Part shown: positions 25,011 to 37,722 of the stretch, in pieces | How the letters are laid out: the number at the start of each line of letters is the position of its first letter | Position numbering within the stretch: the first letter of the stretch is position 1 | Assembly: GCA_964016885.1 (NCBI GenBank) | Contig: OZ024760.1 | Span: forward strand, 19,530,001-19,594,000 | Direction: 5' to 3' | Origin: Eledone cirrhosa | Lineage: Eukaryota | DNA length: 64,000 nucleotides | Program-made: the position numbers and the translations under genes | The notes under the pieces: generated by a model | The model's input: only the letters and a program-made list of their open reading frames with translations | What the model was told of the DNA's origin: nothing | The model's database searches: none

Positions 25011-27383
25011 CCTTATATGTTGAATGTTTGTTTTGTTTTAAACCAATGTATGTCTCCATCTAAAGTGTTTAATTGTTGTTGTTTATATAAGTATAATTTG
25101 AGCACTTCATTTTTGGGGGGTATATTTTAATATTTTTAATATGCAAGCATGACCATGTAAGTCTTGAGAGAGTCATAGGGTCACCATATCAACATGCAGC
25201 ATTTCTAGAGTATTTTTTAAAAGAGCCCATACCACTCCAGGCTTTTTAATATACTTTAAATTAAAGTTGGCAAAGGAGAGAAATACATGTTGCATGCTGT
25301 CTCCTATGTGATTTACTATTACAAACAAAATACTGGAAAATTTATAAATGAACCTAGCAATTATATTGTGGAACAATCATTGCTTTTGTTTTTCAACAAA
25401 CAGTTGCAGATCATGTTACTTGCCAAACAAGTACAACTATGAAATATAAACATAATATTAATAGGTTGATTATTCTCTATTGCCTATGTGATTCACCATT
25501 ACAAACAAAATTCTAAAGATATTTACCACTAATAATTTAATGTCATATTTATTATTTATAACCTCTCATATCTAACGAGGGATATAAAGTTTTTACAAAC
25601 CACTGTTTTATTTGCATGGTTTTGCATGAGTTTTAATCAGTTTTAATTTCAGAACAAACATCCCCCTCTAAAACTAGACTGTCATTCCCTAAAATAAGCT
25701 TTAATAAGCACAGAGAATCTGTTTTTATTTTTTTAGCATTGGGTCACATGAGATGTGGCTTGTCATAAAGCAGGGCACACTACTGAAAACTTTTAGGGTA
25801 CATTTTTATTAGCCATACTATTCAGAAAGACAAACAGGCTGCAGCTTGTCCATGACAAGAGTCCCTTTCTTACAAGACTATAATTTTGTGTGTGTTAAAC
25901 ATAAACTTGGTATTTCATTGATAACTGATGCTGCTTTGCCCTATGTGTGGGTATTATCAATAGTTTCTATTGTACACACTGTGTGTACTTACAATCAGAA
26001 ATCCTGTTTTATTTTGAGTATAAAGAAATTGATGGGGCTATTGTGATATTGAAGCCTGGCTGAGTGGTTAAGAAGCTGGCTTCAGTTATGGCTGTCCTAA
26101 GTTCAATTCCACAATATGGCATCATAGGCAAGTGTCATAGATCAGCAGAAACCTTGTAAGTGAATTTGGGTAGATGGAAACAGTAGCAGCTCGGTAGGTG
26201 GGATGGATAATATATGTAATAGAAATTCCTAGTCTTATAACATTGTCACCTACCTATGTACTTACATACATACCTATGTTTTTAGTCCTGCATGATGTCC
26301 AAAGTCACCCTCCTCACTAAGAAACCTTGGTGGGGTTGCCAGTTTAGTCGCCAACGACCCGACCATGAGACAGGTTGTACTGGGATACATGTCACCAGTA
26401 GCACCAACTGGTGACCTGACATACCTATGTACATACATACATACTTACATCCATCCATACCTACCTATCATACATACCTATCATACATATATACATACCC
26501 TGTCCCCCATCGCTGCTCCCAGGTCCTGTCTACTGATTCCCGTATCCCTAGAGATAACGTCAGGGAATGACAGCTTCCTACTCCTAGTCAGGCTGGAGTC
26601 AGGGTTCCAAAGCAAGAGAGTGGATATGATTTCATTGCTGGCACTGGGGGCAGCGATGGGGGACAGGGAATTCTGGGGCATCAGAGTGAGATCCATCATC
26701 TCGACAGTAGTCGACGAATGATGATGATGATGATGATATACATACCCACCCACCTACCAACCTATCTATATACATACATACCTCAAGTATCAATCTATCT
26801 CGGTTTATTTACGTACCTAATTATGTGCAGGAGTTAAAATATAATGTAGATTACTTGAAGTTCATTCTCCAACATCCTCTAGACAGTTAGACTCCGAATA
26901 TATAAAAAACTACTACAATAACCTATTTTGTTGCTTTAACAAAGATTTTTTCCTATATCATCGTTATTCTATTTTTGTTTAAACCTTATATTTAAAGATA
27001 TGCTGCTGCTGCTGTTGTTGTTGTTGTTGTTGTTGCAGTTGCTGTTGCTGTTGTTGTTGTTGTTGTTGTTGCTGTTGTTGTCTTTTCTTTGTTTGTGTTG
27101 TAAATTTTACATTCTACATCATTGTGTAATACATTTTGTTTTCTGCCATGTGAATTGAAGAAGGCTGTAAATAAATAGGAACTATTTTATAAAAGTAATT
27201 TTATCGTTTCCAAAACTCGTAATTCATATTACATTTATGATTTCCTACTGTCAAAATTTTCATTGCACTATTTCCAACTTGGTTACTGACAAAGTTGTAT
27301 TGCAACTATGTATATGTATGGAGATTAATAAAGTTAGTGATGGATAAAAGATTATCAAAAGCAATTTCTGTTTACACATTTAA

Positions 27384-27589
27384 CCCTTTAATGTTCAAAC
27401 CGGCCAAAACCGGCCACAATTCTCTACCTCTTTCTGTTGAAACCAGCTGTAACTGGTCACTCAAACTGATGTTAAGGTATTGTTCTCAAAATAAATACTT
27501 TCAAAATCTCATAGATTAGATATTTGTGAGGTAAAGCTTTTACCATGAAAATATAATAGTATATATAGAGTAATGTGAATGCTAAAGGG
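27384..27589. mobile_element. piggyBac-like MITE family 1
   Basis: TTAA|CCCTTTA..TAAAGGG|TTAA. Confidence 0.75.
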
Positions 27590-28031
27590 TTAACAATAGA
27601 GATAAATTGAGATATACTGCTGGTCACTTTAGATATTTGACACTTTTATGTCAATATTTATAGGGAAATACACAATCATTTGTGTTTGAATTAATTTCAA
27701 AAATAATCTAATTCTTTGATGAGGTTTAGTAAAATAACATTTTTATTATAAAGCTGATATTTTGAGAACAATGAAAAATGTACTCTCTCAAAGTGATGAT
27801 GGAGAGTTTTAGTATAAATTATCAATGGTGTTATTTGTCAAATATAGATTTCAAACTGCTTGGCAAGCTGTCAACAGGTTGCAATTATAATTCACTTTAT
27901 GGTTGAATAGATAGCAATAGAAAGAATGTATACACTCTTTAGTATAATGGGTCATGGACTCACCCAGCATCTAACAGATACTGTGATCAATTCCTCTCTG
28001 TTATGCAACTTAGTACTCCATACTTTATATA

Positions 28032-28891
28032 CATATTATTGTAATAATATTACCAGAAATAATTGTTTCTACTTTAGGCACAAGGCCAGCAATTATCCCA
28101 GTGCATTACTGGTACTTTATTTTATCGACCCCGTAAGGATGAAAGGCAAAGTTAACCTCGACGGGATTTGAACTCAGACCGTAAAGGGACGTAACTATGC
28201 TGGAAAGAATGGCGTCCGACCCTCTACCGATACTGCCAATCCACCGCCCTAGCATGGCGTCCGACCCTCTACCGATACTGCCAATCCACCGCCCTAGCAT
28301 GGCGTCCGACCCTCTATCGATACTGCCAATCCACCACCCTAATATGGCGTCCGACCCTCTACCAATTCTGCCAATCCACCACCCTAACATGGTGTCCGAC
28401 CCCCTACCGATACTGCCAATCCACCACCCTAACATGGTGTCCGACCCCCTACCGATACTGCCAATTCACTGCCTTTACCAGAAATAATAACAGAACACAC
28501 TCACTGTTTGGTTGATTTTCGCTTCTGTATCTTTTATATCTCCATAGTTAATTTATTTGGCAATCAATGTTGATAGACTATATATATATATTTATATCTG
28601 TATTTTTAACCGTTAAACATTGATTGCCAAATAAATTAACTATGAAGATATAAAAGATACAGAAGTGAAAACCAACCAAACAGTGAGTGTGTTCTGTTAG
28701 GGTCGGACGCCATGCTTTGACGCATAGAGTTACGGCCCTTGCCATTCTGAGTTCAAATCCCGCCGAGGTTAACTTTGCCTTTCATCCTTATGGGGTCGAT
28801 AAAATAAAGTACCAGTAATGCACTGGGTAATTGGTGGCCTTGTGCCTAAAGTAGAAAGAATTATTTCTGGCAATATTATTACAACAATATG
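28032..28891. repeat. Large imperfect palindrome: two inverted SINE-A copies around an inner foldback with 84-bp arms; 45-bp x6 repeat of SINE head
   Basis: 28032-28177 complementary to 28745-28891; 28488-28571 complementary to 28616-28699. Confidence 0.8.
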
Positions 28892-29025
28892 ACCCTCCCC
28901 AAGAATAACAATATATATATATATGTCTCTCTCTCTTTCTATATATATATGATTTTTAATTTATATTCTTCTTGAAAATATATTTGTTTCGACATCTCAC
29001 ATATAAGACAATATATTTTTAACAG

Positions 29026-29052
29026 TTGAACCTCCCAAGGAAATAAAAACTG
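29026..29052 (+). CDS. Micro-exon VEPPKEIKT
   Basis: Array-type acceptor ataagacaatatatttttaacag|27 nt|gtaaga. Confidence 0.8.
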
Positions 29053-29639
29053 GTAAGATAATTAGTATTTAACACCTTTCCCAGCTAATCAACCCTAACA
29101 CTGCAATATTTCATGTTGTCTAGTAACCAGAGTTTTCCCTCAAATATATATAATCCTGTCTTTTTTTGTTTGTTTTTTTTGTTTGTTTGTTTGTTTGTTT
29201 GTTTGTTATTTGCCTAATATGATGACCTTTTGTTTGTATGTATGTATGTGTATATATATATATATATATGTGTGTGTGAGTGTGTGTTTATATGTTTCAT
29301 TGTACTGTGTTGTTTGCTTTGTTGTTTCCCTTTATATTTGGCATATATATATTTATATATGCATGGATATATGTGTGTAGCTTTATAAGCACAGAAATGA
29401 CATTTACTAATGTGATGACTTCACACTTCTGATGAAGTTGTATGTATATATATATATATATATATATATAGTATTAAGGATACTATTTATGGTTATGTAT
29501 GTAATAAAACCTTTAATGGTAATATATTATTTATACAAACCTTAAATAGTGAAAGATAGTCATTAATTACTATCCTATTACCAGTAAGATAAATAGCTCA
29601 ATGTAATAACATCAGTTGTTTTACAGAGCAGTTATATAG

Positions 29640-30008
29640 AGATTACAATAATCAAAGTTCAGTTTAAGTCATTTATTTGCTTACAATTGTTTCCTCCAAA
29701 CCAAGGTTTGGATTCTTCGGAGCAACTATTTACTGATCTATAACATACTTGACCTCCTTTTCAACCCAAGAGACATATAAAACATATGCGCATATTGATC
29801 AACAGTGGGGTGACATTCATCAAATGATATAGAAATGTCACCCCACTGTTGATCAATATGCGCATATGTTTTATATGTCTCTTGGGTTGAAAAGGAGGTC
29901 AAGTATGTTATAGATCAGTAAATAGTTGCTCCGAAGAATCCAAACCTTGGTTTGGAGGAAACAATTGTAAGCAAATAAATGACTTAAACTGAACTTTAAT
30001 TATTGTAA

Positions 30009-30011
<3 letters not shown>
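29640..30011. mobile_element. Foldback element (178-bp arms, 16-bp spacer), Penelope-like pLTR candidate
   Basis: 29640-29817 vs 29834-30011, one mismatch seen; next to (TA)n; each arm has a hammerhead motif followed by AATAAA. Confidence 0.8.
29926..29974 (+). ncRNA. Minimal type I hammerhead motif (mirror copy on - strand about 29677-29725)
   Basis: TTGCT-CCGAAGA-aTCCAAAC(cttg)GTTTGGAg-GAAA-CAATTG-TA-AGCAA. Confidence 0.65.
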
Positions 30012-30051
<40 letters not shown>

Positions 30052-30318
30052 TGACAATAAGAATTGCAGATTATTGTAAACTTAATTACATATTACAAAT
30101 TGTTTCCATATCAATCAGCCATATCAATTGTGCGATCGGTCCCGACTCTTAATCAACATTACTTCAGATATGAGAGTTTACATGAGTGGTTCCATGTATA
30201 TATATATAAATATATACTTTCAACAGTATTTTCAAGCTCATCTAAGTGTCTGTAGGAGATATGGACAATATTTGGCCTTCAAAGCTTAGGTATTGCTTTT
30301 GTTCTGTGTATGAACATA

Positions 30319-30376
<58 letters not shown>

Positions 30377-30814
30377 GATATTCATAAATGGAAAGAAGTT
30401 GAAGTTATGAGAAGGAAATTTGAAGCTGAATGTTGTTCTACAATAAATAAACAAACTGAATGTATTCATGTAATTTATAATCTATATGAAATCAGAGATT
30501 AAAAGTTTGGGTACACAAATCCTGAGTGTTGAAAGAGTGTAAGTGTACAGAACATTCAAATAATAAATTCATTAAATTCCACTACATCTATTATATAACA
30601 TCTTAACATTTCAATATATACAAAATGTTATAAAGCATGAGATTTATACTTACCAGTATTTTCTATTGTACAATGTTCTGCATTATTTAACATATTTTAG
30701 GGAATCTTTTTTTAATTATGATTGTTAGATACATAAATGATCTTAGTTATTTCTACTTCAACTTTTAGTGATGAACTAATTATGAACTAACACTTCGTCC
30801 TCTTTATTATATAT

Positions 30815-30946
30815 ACGTCCCTTTACGATCTGAGTTCAAATCCCGCCGAGGTTGACTTTGCCTTTCATCCTTACGGAGTCGATAAAATAAAGTACCAGTA
30901 ATGCACTGGGTAATTGCTGGCCTTGTGCCTAAAGTAGAAACAATTA
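30815..30946 (+). mobile_element. SINE family A, 5'-truncated
   Basis: B-box and body match other copies. Confidence 0.75.
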
Positions 30947-30972
30947 TATATATATATTTATTTATATATATA

Positions 30973-31304
30973 TCATCATTTCATCATCATTTCATTTTTA
31001 CGTCCGCTTTTTCCCTGCTTGCAAGGGTGGGACGGGAACTGATGCTGGCTTGATTTCTACAGCTGGATGCCCTTCCTAACACCAACCTCATTTACAGTGA
31101 GTGCTGGGTGCTTTTTCGCCGTGGCACCTCCACGACCACTTTGCAGTGGAATGATATGGACCCCAGTCCCTATCATCTCATTTCTACAGCTGAGTAAACT
31201 GGAGCAAGGTGAAATAAAGTGTCTTGCTCAAGGAAACAACACATCACCCGGTCTGAGAATTGAACTCACAACCTTTCGATTGCAAGGCCAATGCTCTAAC
31301 CACT
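30973..31304 (-). mobile_element. SINE family B
   Basis: Reverse complement of 22690-23000. Confidence 0.85.
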
Positions 31305-31747
31305 ATATATATATATAAATATTAATTAAAATAACAGATTAAAGTTTAAGCAAAGAATCGCTGCTTTCACCCTTAATAAAGAGGACAAAGTGTTAATTCA
31401 TCATTGTGTTTATTGAGGTGTCAATAAATATAATGATGATCTAACATTTTGTCTTTTTATTAGTATTACACTCTGCTTAGTACAACACCAACATACCTAC
31501 TATAATATATGAAAAGATTCAGGACCTGACAGCTGAGCTCCAGCCGGTTAAAACGGCGGAAATCTAGCTGAACTTATAAATATATACATATATGATAGTT
31601 ACAACATGCAAATGTATAAATCATGCAAACGTAGGTAATAACATATGTATATAGACATCAATATTAGTTGAGTGGAAGTAAAATGACATATATATTTATT
31701 TATATATATATATTTATATATATATATATATATATATATTTACATAT

Positions 31748-32112
31748 ATCATCATCATTTCATTTTACGTCCGCTTTTTCCCTGCTTGCAAGTGTGGGAC
31801 GGGAACTGATGCTGGCTTGATTTCTACAGCTGGATGCCCTTCCTAACACCAACCTCATTTATAGTGAGTGCTGGGTGCTTTTTTGCCGTGGCACCTCCAC
31901 AACCACTTGCTAGTGGTATGATATGGACCCCAGTCCCTATCATCTCATTTCTACAGCTGAGTAAACTGGAACAATGTGAAATAAAGTGTCTTGCTCAAGG
32001 AAACAACACATCACCCGGTCTGAGAATTGAACTCACAACCTTTCGATTGCAAGGTTGTGAGTTCAATTCTCAGACCAAGTGATGTGTTGTTTCCTTGAGC
32101 AAGACACTTTAT
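31748..32112 (-). mobile_element. SINE family B with inverted duplication of its head
   Basis: 31981-32042 complementary to 32051-32112. Confidence 0.8.
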
Positions 32113-32251
32113 ATATATATACATATATATATATATATTTACATATATATATATATATTTACATATATATATATATTTACATACATATATATATATATAT
32201 ATATATTTACATATATATATATATATATTTACATATATATATATATATATT

Positions 32252-32289
<38 letters not shown>

Positions 32290-33348
32290 CATATATATAT
32301 ATATATATATATCAGGTGTATGTAAACACAGATATCAATTGAAATAATATCCTCTTGATTTAGTTGTCCCATAAAAGGTGAATGAACTGGAATCAATTTA
32401 ATCGATTTTCCCCTCCCCCAAAATTGTTTGCCTTCTGCCAAAATCAGACGCCATCATTATCCTTATAAACTATCACCATTACAAACTGGTATATCACACC
32501 TCAATGATCTTTTTCATGGGTTATTTTGCCAACAGTTGTTTTGTTTACCATCATGTAAGATCTGATATCATGTAGTGTTTTGATAACATTTGTTGGAAAT
32601 TGATGGAAGTTTTTGATAAATGATTCCCAGATGTTTTTATCAACACAATTGTGTTCTGTCGTTCATTGATGCTGTCATTACATATCCATCAAAATAGATT
32701 CACCTCATTTGATTTTGCTCTTTGTGAATCCTTCACAGCATTTCGTAATTCTCCTACACTCTCATGTAAAATTATTTTATTCATTCCCTTTTCCCTAAAC
32801 CTGCTGTCTCTCATCTCACCACCATGGATGTCATGTTTAATACTTTTTCCTCTACCCCACTTCCAGTATAATTAACTGAGGTTTAGCAGTTCAAATTAAA
32901 TATCGGTTTATCTAAATTTAATCACTAATCAATATTTCCCAGGAGACAAGGGTCTTACTGAACCATGGACAATGACCCTTTAATTTCAGACTAACCAAGG
33001 AATCCTAAAAGGTTTGACTCTGCCTGCCAGTCTGATGACTGAATAACATCACTAAATTACATCTCTTTCAGCAATTAATTTAATACATTTATAATCATTT
33101 AATTAATAGATATCTGGCATTGTTCTTCTACAACTAATTGAGATGAGAGCCTTCCATTGGAACTCTGCCACATCTATATAGATATATATCAGCAACATAA
33201 CCTGCATTGAGTATTTCTCTAATTTGAATTTATTTTGGTCTCCGAACTGTGGACATTTCATATAATTTAATTTAATATATATTAAGTTTTAAATACCCAT
33301 ATAAGGAATAAGTATATTATTGTTTTTCTTTCTATAATTTTTTTTCAG

Positions 33349-33369
33349 TTCGCACTCCTCCACCAACAG
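33349..33369 (+). CDS. Micro-exon VRTPPPT
   Basis: Strong poly-T tract, cag|21 nt|gtatgt, phase 1-1. Confidence 0.75.
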
Positions 33370-33786
33370 GTATGTTGATAATCCTAATCTTTCAAATTAT
33401 GCAAATTGATAATAAAAAAACAAACCTTTGGTTTTGTATAATTAAATTCTGCAATTATAATTAACAACAGTTATCTATAATTATAATTAATAACAGTTAT
33501 CTATAATTAATTACAGTTACCTATAATTAAATTTAACAAATTCTTCATAGATAGTTATTATTTAAATACTTAAATTAATTAAATCATATTTACTATTTTA
33601 AGTAGCATATGTAATTAATATTCTGTTGTGATCGATGATTATTGAAGTACCAATTTTGTATATTTAAAAGAAGTTTTATTGTTTTTATCTTTTGAAAAAT
33701 ATTTTAAATGATTTTTTTTCTTTCAAACTATACTTTTATGGATAACAATTAATCTCTTAATCTATTTTATATATGCTTACTTCTCA

Positions 33787-34000
33787 AGCAGGTTTGGCTT
33801 AAATAGGACCACAATTTAACATATCTTTTATAAAATCAATTGTTTGCTAGAAGGTGCCAAAATGAGAAGCTCACATACATTTTTTAAATTATAAGTAAAT
33901 ATTATTTCATTTCCAAAGTTATGTAACTTCAGAATTCTGAAAAATATAGTATACATGTTACAAAAAACATTATTATACTAACGATTAAGCCAACCCTGCT
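33787..34000. mobile_element. MITE-like element
   Basis: Inverted termini AGCAGGTTTGGCTTAA / TTAAGCCAACCCTGCT. Confidence 0.55.
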
Positions 34001-34145
34001 GTGAAATGACTATTTTTATATGATTATGAGACTGGCGCGCTACCTGCTGCGCATAATAACAGTAAAATTTCATTTCTTCCTACAGCCATAATGATATTTT
34101 ATGAATATATATATATATATATATGTGTTTTTATATACATATGTG

Positions 34146-34180
<35 letters not shown>

Positions 34181-35273
34181 TTTATATATGTTTTAATTTC
34201 CTTTACAGTTAATTGTTTTTCTTTAAAATATTATTCCAGAGAGGATTTAAATCTTTCTAAATATTTCTTACATAATTTATGAACAAAAGTTATATACGAA
34301 TCACTTGATGTATTATTTATTATTTAAATGTATTTCTAAATATGAACAATGCAATATCTCATTTTTGTTTTGACATTATTCCACATCCTCTTCAGTTGTA
34401 ATAATTGTAGATATCATTTATAAAATCAATTCTATTTATATATATATTGCCATATGTAAGTATTTTAATTTCTGTTTGTTTTTTCCTTGAAGTATTTAAA
34501 TGTTACAAAATATTTATATCAATGCAATATTGAGAATTATTGTTTAATCCATTTATTGATTATTTTAGAAATGTCTTTTTATTTTCATTTTATGGTAATT
34601 TAACACAACATATCTACAAATATATCATCAATCAAATCTTTATAAATTATTATTTCATTCACTGTAAAATAAATTTGGATTATTTCTATACATCATTAAA
34701 GTATTTTCTCATCATATTTTGAATATTGCTGACAAACACAAAATTTTACTTAATTTGAGTAAACTAAATAATCATTATTTTGTACTTATTTTTATTATTA
34801 TATATACAATTTATTACAATTATATAATTGTTATTTAAATAATCATGTCATTCGTGTCTTCGTATGATTTATATGAACCAAACATATTTATTTTGTACAA
34901 ATTGTTTCTTTTACTTAAATTCATTTATTTATTTTATTTATGCAATAACTTGAGTTAATTCTTTAGAATAATCAAGTGTTTTCAAACATATGCTCTCAGT
35001 TGATTTAATTTACATAGTTGAAATTAGAAATTCTATTTTCTCCTAATTGAATATAGTTTTATCAAATGATACCATTTACATTTTAAGCTTTAATATAATA
35101 TAAGAATAATAAGAAATCCATTAAATATGGTCACTCTTGCTCATTTAAATTTTCTAATAACTTTTCTACTTTAGTCTTATTTGTTAAGTAAGTTCGTACA
35201 TTTAATATAAAATCTGACTTTTATTAATATCTATTAACTGTCAGTTGGATAACACACACACACACATGTATAT

Positions 35274-35327
<54 letters not shown>

Positions 35328-35399
35328 CTGTAGTTACATGCACAGATATTGTATACCTATTCTAAATCTGATGCACACAGCAAGTGTTATAATATATAC

Positions 35400-35575
35400 A
35401 TAAGTTTATCCTGGGTTCAATCTGGGGTAACCACCCATCTGAATCACCACCCTCTCCTACCACCAGAAAAGATATAAATACCACCATATTACTTGGACAG
35501 TCGGCTTCCTGATGATTTCTCCCGAATGAAACAGTTCTAGTCCTGTAGAAGCCATTTCTATATTAAATATATATA
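35400..35575 (+). mobile_element. Penelope-like pLTR fragment, same family as 56828-57255
   Basis: Shared sequence with 57057-57184 and, inverted, with 57217-57253. Confidence 0.65.
35503..35553 (+). ncRNA. Type I hammerhead ribozyme motif with intact core
   Basis: GGCTTC-CTGATGA-tTTC(tccc)GAAt-GAAA-CAG(ttctagtc)CTG-TA-GAAGCC. Confidence 0.75.
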
Positions 35576-36302
35576 CAGATATAAATATATATAGATATAT
35601 ATATATATAATTAGAGTGCAATAATCCACTATTATTTTTGGTAAGGTGCATCAATATTTTATTAATGCCAAAACCATACAAGAATCCAAGTCAAAGACTC
35701 CAAAGTGTTAAGTTACTCGTAGTTGAAGACAATGAAAGCCACAGAGCATAAATAATTAATACAACGTTGTTATTCAAATTCCACGTTTAGTTTCAGCAAT
35801 TGTTTCTGTAAAGATAAATGTAGCACCTTTACATAGTATCAATGTGAAGTGTTCTCTTACTATAGAGTCTAAAAGTAAATAAAATCTGTATACTTCAAGA
35901 ACATACTTAAACTGAAACCTTAATGTAGTCACTAGTAATTGGTCTAGTCTATATATTTTAGTTGATTAATAATTTATGTCACACCGATATATATACACCT
36001 TTTGTTAGTTTAACCTATTTTATATAAATGATCATAGAACTGTTAAAGATATATAACATTAGAAGAAAGCATTTAATATATCAAAAACAAAGAACTATTT
36101 CTCAGACAAATTTCATTATCTTTATAATTTTAGAGTTTGTCGTTTCTCATGGCTACATATACTTATTTACAATATTTATTTTTATTCTTGTATTTTTATC
36201 TATTGCTAGGTTTCACAATTTAGGGACTCTTTTCAATATGTATGTCTATATGATTATTTTAAATTTGTAATATAAAATTTTTATCTGCACTATTTCTCTT
36301 AG

Positions 36303-36749
36303 GCATCAACAATAATGGAAAGTCAGATGTTGTCTTCTTGGTGGATTCTGCCAGTATTAGTAATAAAGGAATCTTTAGAAACGCTCTTGAATTTATTAAA
36401 GATTATGTTTCTGATGCCGATATTGACAGTGGGGATGTTCAAGTTGGGTTGATTATTTCTAATGAGAGGAATTACGTTAGCTTCTATCTGAACCAGTTTA
36501 ATACAAAACACGCAGTTCTCAACACTCTTCAAGCTACGTCCTTTAAACAAGGCAATTCAAATTTAACAGAGAGTTTGAAAGTGATGCAAAGTCATGTTTT
36601 CTCTGAAAGATTCGGGGATCGAGCTGATGCCCCTAATTTTGCTCTGTTGCTGCTCAATAATCAGTCCCAATCGACTTATTCAGATGTGATTGATGTAGAA
36701 TTTGATCTTGCTCAGAAACAAGGGATTCACATCTTTGCCATTGACATTG
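36303..36749 (+). CDS. VWA domain 1 (degenerate MIDAS, C-terminally truncated)
   Basis: cttag|..KSDVVFLVDSASIS..GDRADAPNFALLL..GIHIFAIDI|gtgagt; 447 nt, phase 1-1. Confidence 0.7.
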
Positions 36750-37318
36750 GTGAGTCAAAGCTACAAATGTTTAGAAAAATATACAGATATTTTCTTTAAA
36801 CCATCTGAATACAATGCAATGCTCATTCAATCTATTGATGTTTCTTTGTTTTTATACATATTCTATTGAGCATTTCATTTGGGCGCTATATTATCTGAAG
36901 GTCTATTGAATATGAAACAAATTCTTTATATAAATTTCCCTTCATTTAGCAAATCCATTTGTTGGAATGGTTTTAACATAGATCTCTTTTGATGAAGTAA
37001 ATAATCCTTGGAATCTGATATATTTCACGTGAATAATGGTTGGCTTTCGTTTCAATTTATAGTCTTTGTGGTGGTTAGCATTTTTGTATTCAAACATTTA
37101 ATTCATATCAATGCTTCTTTGTTTTTCAATCTAAAATCGATAACATATTTTCTCTTGCATCCAATCATATATATATGAAAGGATACAACAAATAAACAGA
37201 TGACAATTAAATATTTTGTTTTCAACAAATATTTTAATATATATTACTACTTGTTTTCTACTTTGCACTATATATATAGATGTATATATATATATAAATA
37301 TATATTAAAAAAATAAAA

Positions 37319-37358
<40 letters not shown>

Positions 37359-37683
37359 TGTATATGTATATATATATATATATATGCATACATATATATA
37401 TATATATATGTATGTATGTATGCATATATATATATATGTATGCATATATATATATATGTATGCATATATATATATATGCATATATATATATATATATATA
37501 TATATGCATATATATATATATGCATATATATATATGTATGCATATATATATATATGTATGCATATATATATATATATGTATGCATATATATATATATATG
37601 TATGCATATATATATATATATATGTATGCATATATATATATATATATGTATGCATATATATATATGTATGCATATATATATAT

Positions 37684-37722
<39 letters not shown>

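Noticed and set aside
28106-28487. ORFs with 15-aa repeats on both strands
   Set aside because: 45-bp tandem copies of the SINE-A head.
31067-32082. Recurrent 'MPFLTPTSF..LSKLEQCEIKCLAQG' ORFs (also 22688, 43167, 15951)
   Set aside because: Antisense translation of SINE family B, not a gene family.
35615-35640. Candidate micro-exon ending in GTAAGG
   Set aside because: 26 nt, no pyrimidine tract, not phase-symmetric.
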